From Macrostomum lignano (Eukaryota), in contig NIVC01000449.1 of the NCBI GenBank assembly GCA_002269645.1, positions 186,001 through 250,000 on the forward strand: DNA of 64,000 bases, read 5' to 3'. The notes beneath the pieces were generated by a model. The model saw only the letters and a program-made list of their open reading frames with translations, was not told the origin of the DNA and ran no database searches. Positions 11,589-20,612 of the stretch are shown in pieces. Each line of letters starts with the position of its first letter. Position 1 is the stretch's first letter. A program made the translations under genes and the position numbers.

Positions 11589-14500
11589 ATGAGCCAAAAA
11601 GAAAGCGCCTACGTAGCCGTGAAGGCTGGAGACATCCAAGCACTGCAGCATCGTTTGCAGCTGTGGCAAAGTGATACAGACAAAACACACTTTTGTAGAA
11701 CATGTTTGCCAATTGCAGCCAAAGCGAGACAGTCAGAAATGGTTAAGTTTCTCGTGCAGACAGTCACTGAAAAGACAAACAGAAATCATTGCTGCATAGC
11801 TACAGCGAAAGAAGCTGCAGAAAATGGTCAATTAGAAGTGGTGAAGTTTCTGGTGCAGACAATCACTGACCAAATAAGCAGAGATTATTACTGCATAGAT
11901 GCAGCGAAAGAAGCTGCAGACAATGGTCAGTTAGAACTAGTGAAGTTTTTGTTGCATACAGTCACTGCCCTAAAAAGCAGAGATCAGTGCTGCATAGATG
12001 CAGCGAAAGAAGTTGCAGACAATGGTCAGTTAGAAGTGGTAAAGTTTCTGTTGGAGACAGTCACTGACCAAAAAACCGGAGTGCAGAGCTACATTGATGC
12101 AGCAAATGAACTTGTAGACAATGGTTCGTTAAAAATGTTGAAGTTTCTTTTGCATAAATTCACTGACAGTGACGAAACAAACAGAGATCAGTGCTGCATA
12201 GGTGCAGGGAATGAAGTTGCAGACATTGGTCAGTTAGAAATAGTGAAGTTTCTGTTGCATAAAGTCACTGACAATGACGAAGCAAACAGTGATCAGTGCT
12301 GCATGGATGTAGCGAAAGAAGCTGCAGACAATGGCCAGTTAGAAGTGGTGAAGTTTCTGGTGCACACAGTCACTGACCAAAAAATCAGAGATCAGTGCTG
12401 CATGGATGCAGCGAAAGAAGCTGCAGACAATGGCCAGTTAGAAGTGGTGAAGTTTCTGGTGCAGACAATCGCTGGCCAAACGAAAAGAGATCAGTGCTGC
12501 ACTAAGACAGCGAAATCTGCTGCAGACAGAGGTCACTGGCATGTGGCAAAGTTTTTAGTACAGACAATCGCAGACAAAACAAAAAGAGATCAGTGCTGTA
12601 TGGAGGCAGCGACATCTACTGCATACAACGGTGAGTTAGAATTGGTAAAGTTTCTGGTGCTGACAGTCAGTGACCAAATGAAAAGAGATCAGTGCTGCAT
12701 AAAGGCAGCGCAACCTGCTGCATTTAATGGTCAGTTACACGTGGTGAAGTTTCTGGTGCAGACAGTCGCTGACCAAACAAAAAGAGATCAGTGCTGCATG
12801 CAGGTAGCGGAATCTGCTACAATGAATGATCACTTAGAAGTCGTGAAGTTCCTAATCTCCTGCCTCTCAAGTGCGGATAAGAGAGCAGATTTGCGTTTCC
12901 AATGCGCAATCCTGGCTTGCTCTCGTCTTTTCGAAGATGTCGTCGCCTACCTCGGCCTCGAGCCCGACTGGCTTTTCCAATCCAGCACCATCCTCAGCTT
13001 CACTGCAGCAATGGCCATCGAAGGCAGGAACTCTGTTCTCACCGACACCCTCTCTCGAATGCAGCCAGCTCACATCACACAGCTGCTTTGTCTCTCCATC
13101 TCTCAAAGACACGTCGCTCTTGCTGTTACACTGATCAATGATGAGCGAGTCAGCACAGAGCATGTCGATCTGCCAGACAGCACTGGAGCCACTGCTCTCA
13201 TGCTGGCAGCTGATGCAGGTCATCACGAGCTCATTGAGAAACTCATCGATCTCGGTGCGTCAGTGCGTGTTGAAGACAGTCAGGGTCGGACTGCTCTGTC
13301 ACGAGCGTGCAAAGCCGGTCACGTGCGAGCAGCCAAGGCTCTAATGGACAGAGGAGCGGATGCGAGTCATCGAGCCGGTCAGGGTCTGACGTGTGCGCAG
13401 GTGGCACAGCGATTTGAGCAGCGGCAGGTGCTGCGGCTGCTGGATACCAGTGGAGCGGGGTGAGTGAGGCGAGAATATCGCGAATCTTTTCAGTACTCTA
13501 TGGGAATAGTGGTTTAATAAATAAACGAGTTCGAGTTCATATATTATTTCCGATGCTGGTCCTCTGCCTTTGTTCGTCGCTTCTTTCGCTTCTTAGCTGT
13601 TAGATTTTTTTTGGTTTTTCAAATCTAACGTTAAGAACATCAGACTCAACTGCTTTGAGACCCTTGGCTTTCCTTCTTGCCTTCCAGAAATCCGGAGGCC
13701 CGACAGGCAGCCGCTCACCGCTTGGATTCGGACCTTCATCGGTGAGTCTGACCTGTTCAGCTTTCACCGCCGCATTGCGCCTTCCAACAGGCTGGCAGCT
13801 TAGGGAAGAAATTGCAGCAAAACTTAGGAGGGTTGAGATTGGGTTGAGCTGAGTGACTCTCAGCTCTCCTGCTTGAGATGCCAGTCTGAGTGCTGCAGCA
13901 GCTGCACTCTCAGCTCTCCTGCTTGAGATGCCAGTCTGAGTGCTGCAGCAGCTGCACTCTCAGCTCTCCTGCTTGAGATGCCAGTCTGAGTGCTGCAGCA
14001 GCTGCACTTTCAGCTCTCCTGTTTGAAATGCCAGTCTGGTGCAGCAGCTGCACTCTCAGCTCTCCTGCTTGAGATGCCAGTCTGAGTGCTGCAGCAGCTG
14101 CACTCTCAGCTCTCCTGCTTAAGATGCCAGTCTGAGTGCTGCAGCAGCTGCACTCTCAGCTCTCCTGCTTGAGATGCCAGTCTGAGTGCTGCAGCAGCTG
14201 CACTCTCAGCTCTCCTGCTTGAGATGCCAGTCTGAGTGCTGCAGCAGCTGCACTTTCAGCTCTCCTGTTTGAAATGCCAGTCTGGTGCAGCAGCTGCACT
14301 CTCAGCTCTCCTGCTTGAGATGCCAGTCTGAGTGCTGCAGCAGCTGCACTCTCAGCTCTCCTGCTTAAGATGCCAGTCTGAGTGCTGCAGCAGCTGCACT
14401 CTCAGCTCTCCTGCTTGAGATGCCAGTCTGAGTGCTGCAGCAGCTGCACTCTCAGCTCTCCTGCTTGTTCTGTCCATTCAACTCTGAGCAAGTCACCCAC

Positions 14501-17064
14501 ACGCATCTCGGATCATTCCAGGCTCTCAGACGACTCCCAGCAAGACTGTCGTCTCAGCGAGGAGCTGCATCGACTGCTCAGCGATGCGGGATTCACCGAG
14601 CAGAGAGCGGAGTGTCAGCAGAGACTGGCTGACTGGCTGCAACAAGTGGCTCGAGTCCTCACACAGGATGACTATCGCAGGGAGATGACAGGCAGCTACG
14701 CAGAGGGCTGGGCCAACAGTCTGGTGCAAGTGAACGGCAGGACAGCTGCAGACTCGGACATTGACTGGACTGTGCTGCTGGTTGCTTGGCAGCAGTTCCA
14801 TCTGGAAGGTGGTTGCAAAAGAAGATCTGTTTCCTGCGACGACGCCACTCGGCTGCCGGTCAAGGAGGGCCACGCACAGGTGGCAGTGGGAGCAGGTAAG
14901 TAAGACTGGTTTCATCATCAGAATGCTGAGATCCGCATGAATCATGGAGGCCATTAACTTTGCTCAACTAACTTTAAATTCGCAACCGAGTGGCGCCCAG
15001 CCTCCAGCTGCTTCTGTGACTGCGAATGTCGGCTTGGGTGCTGAAACAAGCGGCAGGCGAAATTGAAAAGAAAACTCTGATGCCGACTGGCTGAGCCGGG
15101 CCATTGGGTTTTGAATTCACAGGCTCGAAAGAGAACTCAAAAGAGGTGCTCAGATAAAGGGAACTGAACCTTGTTTGTACCCCAGTCCAGCAGTTTCACA
15201 ACAACTCTTTTTTCAATAGCAAAACGCGACTCTCCGCTCACTACGCTCTGCAGGCAGCCAACCTGCAGTGACAGCCACGGCGTGCGGTGTGCGGCCTGCA
15301 CAGGACACGTGCCATGCGATCGAGTGCTGCAGCAGCTTCTGTGGGGACAGAATTAGAAAACTGCTTAGAGACAGTCCTGATACAGTTCACCTCGTTCGAG
15401 CGACCAGACCGAGCTCGACCGACGAGCTCAGAGTGAGCTTCAGCTTCCAGGAGAAAGACATCATTAGACGGCTGAGCACAGTCCAGGGCCAGCTGTTCAC
15501 ACTCATTAAGTTTATCTTTAAGAGACACTTGCCGCTCACTCTGGACACACCTGGACTCAAGACCTACCATGCAAAGACTCTGCTCTTCACAATGCTGGAG
15601 AAGCATGGCACAGATCCGAAAGCTGAAGCATGGTGGATCCCGCTTGGAATTCATGGCGCTACTAAAGCTGAAGCTTGGCAGCCCCACAATCTGATCACTC
15701 TACTCAAGGAGTCTCTCGACATGATGCTGAGCTTTATCGACTCGAGCAGCTCGCCCGATGAGTGCATGCCGCACTTCTTCATGCCCGACGCTCCGCTCTA
15801 CTTCAAGAACGCTGGAATCGGCGGCGACTTCGACAACACGAAGGCGAGGGTTCGAGACCGACTTTGTGAGCTGAGAAGCGACATCGGCGGAGTGGTCGAG
15901 CAGCTGAGGAGACTCGTGAGACCTCTGCAGTCAGAGAAGTTCTACTTTCACCCGTTCACTCTGCTGCCTCTGACAGGACCGCCTGCTGTCACGAAGATCG
16001 GGCAAAGAAGCTATTCCAATTTCGAAGATGTGTACAGTGTGGTGCACCAGTGTGTGAGCGAGCTGCAGTCGGAATCGAGCGACAGAGACACCCTGATGAG
16101 GCAGCTCAGTCTTTTGTATCGGCATTGGCTGCAATGGTGCAAGTGCGCTGCCCTGTGCATGACCGCCATGGCGCATTTGAAGTTCGGAGAATCTGGGGAG
16201 GCTGTGAGACTCGCGATGAAGCTTCAGAGACATCAGGTTGAGTCAGGATTGAAGCCACAGGATATTCAAACATCGTGTCAGCAAACTAAACTCCCACAAG
16301 ACTCAGACTGGGCGTGGAGGTTCTGCCTCCCCTGCGACTCTCCGCCTCGCTTTCCATTCCTTCCCGAGTTCACGCAGACTCTGTTCACAGCCAGACTGTC
16401 GCAGCCTCTCTCCTCCCACCTGTACGTGAACTTCCGCTGCCTGAGCTGGAGTCTCCAAGCTGAGCTGCTCCGCAATCGCGCACCTGGAATTAAACTAGAG
16501 GTTTGGAAGCAAGAGCTGAAAGAAGACCCGGACTTGGAGGAGCTGCTCACTCTGGCTCACTACAGCGACTGCCGCGAGCACGTGGAGCTCAGTCTGCAGC
16601 AGATGGAGATGATCGAGAAAGAGAGACGCGTCGCCATGGAGACGCAGGACGAGGAGAAGATCGGCTGGGTCAGGCAGAAGCGGTGGCGAGTTTTGAACCG
16701 CAGCGGCAGCGACAGCGAAGTTCACCGCAGCAGGGAAGATGAGGAGCGGAGGCTGTGGGCGAGGGCGAGGCTGCGGCGAGACGGGGCCGACTTGGGGCGC
16801 CTGGTTGCCATGGAAACTGCAGCGGAGCAGAGAGACAGCTGGACTCATGCCAAGCTCAGTCGGATTAGACTGATGAAGCTGGACAGACTTGATGCAGCAT
16901 CCGGACTACTTAATGTCAAATCGCGAAACCAAGATCGGAAAAGAACTTTCGTTTTATTTTTGTTTTGCTTTGTTCTGCTTTGGCTTGTCTATAATGTTTT
17001 TCAAAACGGGCACATTGAGAGCTGGAGAGACTTCATGAATTTCATATATTTTAATTTTGTTTAA
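11589..17064 (+). CDS. Gene B: atypical ankyrin-like array + canonical ANK - cGAS-like/Mab-21 nucleotidyltransferase (cGLR) - hydrophobic C-terminus. Exons 11589-13459, 13688-13741, 14522-14895, 15254-17064 (about 1369 aa)
   Basis: 12 x 33-35 aa repeats (DQCC..AAK.AA.NGQLEVVKFL) plus about 3 canonical ANK repeats. Introns 13460-13687 and 13742-14521 (both phase 2) and 14896-15253 (phase 1) are GT-AG and keep frame. Motifs: MTGSYAEGW, DSDIDW, RPAQDTCHAI, LRVSFSFQEKDII, LKTYHAKTLLF. The phase-1 intron sits at the same position as in gene A. Confidence 0.85.
13855..14465. repeat. 50-bp minisatellite, about 12 copies, inside intron 2 of gene B
   Basis: Unit cactctcagctctcctgcttgagatgccagtctgagtgctgcagcagctg; two units are 46-bp variants. 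Confidence 0.95.
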
Positions 17065-17144
17065 TTAAACCGCTTATTCTGATGACAAGGAAAACTAAAG
17101 CAACGTACATGTATATACAGGACGTCGACGTGACACTCACGTTT

Positions 17145-17831
17145 CATGGAAAATTTCTTGAAGTTCACTTTTCGATGAAAAATACACTACAGAGATTGAA
17201 AGTTTTCATTTTTTCAGCACAAAAATTGTTATTCCTTTCGATAGGAAGCGGACCCAATGTTCATCTTTTGATATTTTTGCGCTTCTTATAGCTCTATTGA
17301 TATTCATAAAGCTTTTCGTTCAGAAAATTAGGATTCTAGGTTAGTTTCTTTTCTACTTGTATAATCTACTACTTATACCTACTTTTACCTACTACTTACT
17401 ACTTATCTACTATTTTTCTACTTGTTAGTTTCTTTTTTTATTGTATATCTCTTATATCTCCCGTGCTTAAAATACATTGTAAGCCGTATATTGTCATTCT
17501 TAGCTGACTGTGTAACAGAGCTAGAGGCTAAAATAGATTCATAAAGCCCATTGAGTCGATCTGTGCCATGCATTTTTTAATTTATGGGTATACAGGACAT
17601 GTGTGTAGAATAAAAAAATTAACATAGAAACCTGATTTTCCGATACAAAAACTTTATGAATATCAACTGAGCTACAAGAAAGGCACAGCATATCAAAAGA
17701 TGAAAATTAGTTCTGCCTCCTATCGAAAGCAATGACAATTTTTGTGCTGGAAAAGAAAACTTCATGTACCTACCCCCGTAGTGTAATCATACTTTTCGGC
17801 GAAAAGTGGCCTTCAAAACATTTTTTCATAG
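17145..17831. mobile_element. Foldback/MITE-like element with about 210 bp imperfect inverted arms
   Basis: 17145-17350 is the approximate reverse complement of 17612-17831 (shared cagcacaaaaattg, ctttcgatagga, catcttttgata, ttgatattcataaag). The arms are diverged and no TSD was recognised. Confidence 0.65.
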
Positions 17832-18397
17832 ATTCCGAGTGCTGTGTCGTTCTAATTTAGTAGTCCTTGTTGTGATGCATGCCGACATGCAATGAGGTTA
17901 CTGCATGTTCTGCATGAAAACACCTGGAATCACCTTTACATTTTGACTGCGAATGCATGGTCGTCAGAAGCTGCATATTTCTGTCTAATTTAGCAACGGA
18001 AATGCTGCATGCTTTGGTTTGGTCTGCTTTCTAAGAAAATGAGCACATCGATAGCGACCGAGTGGAAACAGCCCTTTTGCTGTACTGCAGTTTTGCAAAT
18101 TCGTGCTGCTGCTGAATTGCTTTTTCCATTCAAACTGCGTGTCTGCTTTGATGCGGGCTTTTCTCTGCGATTTTGTTCTGCGGACGTCAAATAGCTACCC
18201 AATTGCCAATGCCGTTTAATGAAATATTCAAGCCGAATGTACAGGTAGCAGATAAATATTAGATGTACATTTACGGCCTGAAGTACTGTGTGTACATGCT
18301 TCTGCATTAATAACTAAGCACCTGGCCCTCAAAATCAGCTCAATCAAAGCAGACTACATGTACAAATAGATTTTATCATACATGTATACTCATGACA

Positions 18398-18900
18398 GCT
18401 TCATGAACATTCAGTGACTGACAGCCTGACAGCTCCGTCATGAACATTCAGTGACTGACAGCCTGACAGCTCCCTCATGAGCATTCAGTGACTGACAGCC
18501 TGACAGCTCCGTCATGAACATTCACTGACTGACAGCCTGACAGCTCCCTCATGAACATTCAGTGACTGACAGCCTGACAGCTCCCTCATGAACATTCAGT
18601 GACTGACAGCCTGACAGCTCCGTCATGAACATTTAGTGACTGACAGCCTGACAGCTCCCTCATGAGCATTCAGTGACTGACAGCCTGACAGCTCCGTCAT
18701 GAACATTCAGTGACTGACAGCCTGACAGCTCCCTCATGAACATTCACTGACTGACAGCCTGACAGCTCCCTCATGAACATTCAGTGACTGACAGCCTGAC
18801 AGCTCCGTCATGAACATTTAGTGACTGACAGCCTGACAGCTCCCTCATGAACATTCAGTGACTGACAGCCTGACAAGTCCATCATGAACATTCAATGACC
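18398..18900. repeat. 37-bp minisatellite, about 13 copies
   Basis: Unit tcatgaacattcagtgactgacagcctgacagctcc(g/c), head-to-tail with no spacers. Confidence 0.95.
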
Positions 18901-19554
18901 GGACAGGCAGGTCGCGGCCCCAGTCGCCATTCATTTTTCTGTCCGATCCAAGTGCTCCGCACGCTGCTGATGAACTCAAAACTGCGGCCATTTCAATATT
19001 GCCGTCCATATTTGATGCCTGCTCTGTGCCATAAACCAAATTCTAAATATAGAATGATGCGACCTGCCACTCGCTCTCAGTGCCAGCTCTGATGCTCTGC
19101 AAGGGTGGCTTGAGTGTCCTTGAAATGCCAGCCCTTGCTTTGCAGATTTGCCTCATAAAATTCACTTGGAGATGTGCGACCGTTTCAGCAGCCCGGTGGC
19201 TCAAGTTAAGACGACTTTTAGATGGAAAGGTGTCAGATTTTTTAATATAAATTGACAATAATTATCCCTTTTCTACTTTCTCTATGTATTTTTGCGTTTG
19301 GTGGCTCCCAATCGGGCCGTTTTAGCTGTGCCTGTTTTGTGCGTACTTAGAACGTATAGTCGTATAATAGTTCCACGATCGATAATTTAGGCCTCTAGTG
19401 CCCGTGGCGCACGAAAACGTTCATTTTATTACCTTTAAATATAACCAGGTCTCTCTCCTCCGACTTTTTACGACCGTTTAAAACTTTCACTGCCCGCCTG
19501 TTGCTAAAAATAGCCTTCCTAAGTGTTAGTCATTCTGTCTTCGTTATTTGTCCC

Positions 19555-19640
19555 ACTAGCAATTGGACAGAAGGTTACTGAAATACGAGCGTAAAATAAG
19601 TTCAGGGTTCGAGTCCAGGACCGAGCCGTGGGGTTTTAGT
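19555..19640 (+). mobile_element. tRNA-derived SINE-like head (A-box-like and B-box)
   Basis: tagcaattgg at 19557 and gggttcgagtcc at 19605-19616. A related copy lies at about 770. No complete tRNA cloverleaf. Confidence 0.35.
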
Positions 19641-19989
19641 GAGCTTCCTGTGGAGTTTATCCGCAAAATGACCAAACCAAAACTTGAACACCAGCAGTAG
19701 TTAAGTAAGTGCAGATTTAGACAGATTTTAGTGAATAAGGAATTTTCGCTTTGTGAATTTGTGGCAGTCTACTGACAATGTTAGGTGTGTATTTAGGAGA
19801 GGTAAAGAAAGATTTTAAAAACCTATCTAACAGATAAAAAGGCAGATAGAAAACTTTAATGTGTAAATTATACTCGTAAATTAAATAAGATTCACAGAGA
19901 AAAGGCACAAAGCATAGAAAATGACGCTACATGTTTAAATTGAGTAATTGAGGCTTTCCGTCCTCACAACAACAGTCCAACATTCTTAG

Positions 19990-20612
19990 TCCCATACCCT
20001 CAGTCCCACACCCTGCAGTCCCACACCCTGCAGTCCCACACCCTCAGTCTCATACCATGCAGTCCCACACCCTCAGTCCCACACACTCAGTCCCACACCC
20101 TACAGTCCCACACCCTGCAGTCCCATACCATGCAGTCTCACACCCTGCAGTCCCACACCCTGCAGTCCCACACCCTGCAGTCCCACACCCTGCAGTCCCA
20201 TACCATGCAGTCCCACACCCTCAGTCCCACACCCTGCAGTCCCACACCCTGCAGTCCCACACCCTGAGTCCCATACCCTCAGTCCCACACCCTGCAGTCC
20301 CACACCCTGCAGTCCCATACCCTCAGTCCCACACCCTGCAGTCCCACACCCTGCAGTCTCATACCATGCAGTCCCACACCCTCAGTCCCACACACTCAGT
20401 CCCACACCCTACAGTCCCACACCCTGCAGTCCCATACCCTCAGTCCCACACCCTGCAGTCCCAAACCCTGCAGTCTCATACCATGCAGTCCCACACCCTC
20501 AGTCCCACACCCTCAGTCCCACACCCTGCAGTCCCACACCCTGCAGTCCCACACCCTGAGTCCCACACCCTCAGTCCCACACGCTCAGTCTCATACCCTC
20601 AGTCCCACTCCC
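19990..20612. repeat. 14/15-bp minisatellite (cagtcccacaccctg) abutting the UNG stop codon
   Basis: About 42 units; it generates the spurious His/Pro ORF 20057-20689. Confidence 0.95.

Noticed and set aside
14382-14521. N-terminal part of ORF 14382-14903 (MLQQLHSQLSCLRC...)
   Set aside because: It reads through the 50-bp minisatellite. The phase-compatible acceptor is at 14521.
2800-17064. Bacterial CBASS-type operon (CD-NTase plus TM effector)
   Set aside because: The genes have GT-AG spliceosomal introns with consistent phases, polyA signals and metazoan neighbours (PHTF, intron-containing UNG). The NTase is a eukaryotic Mab-21/cGLR type.
19590-19630. tRNA gene
   Set aside because: Only a B-box-like T-arm motif is present; no acceptor, D or anticodon stems could be built.
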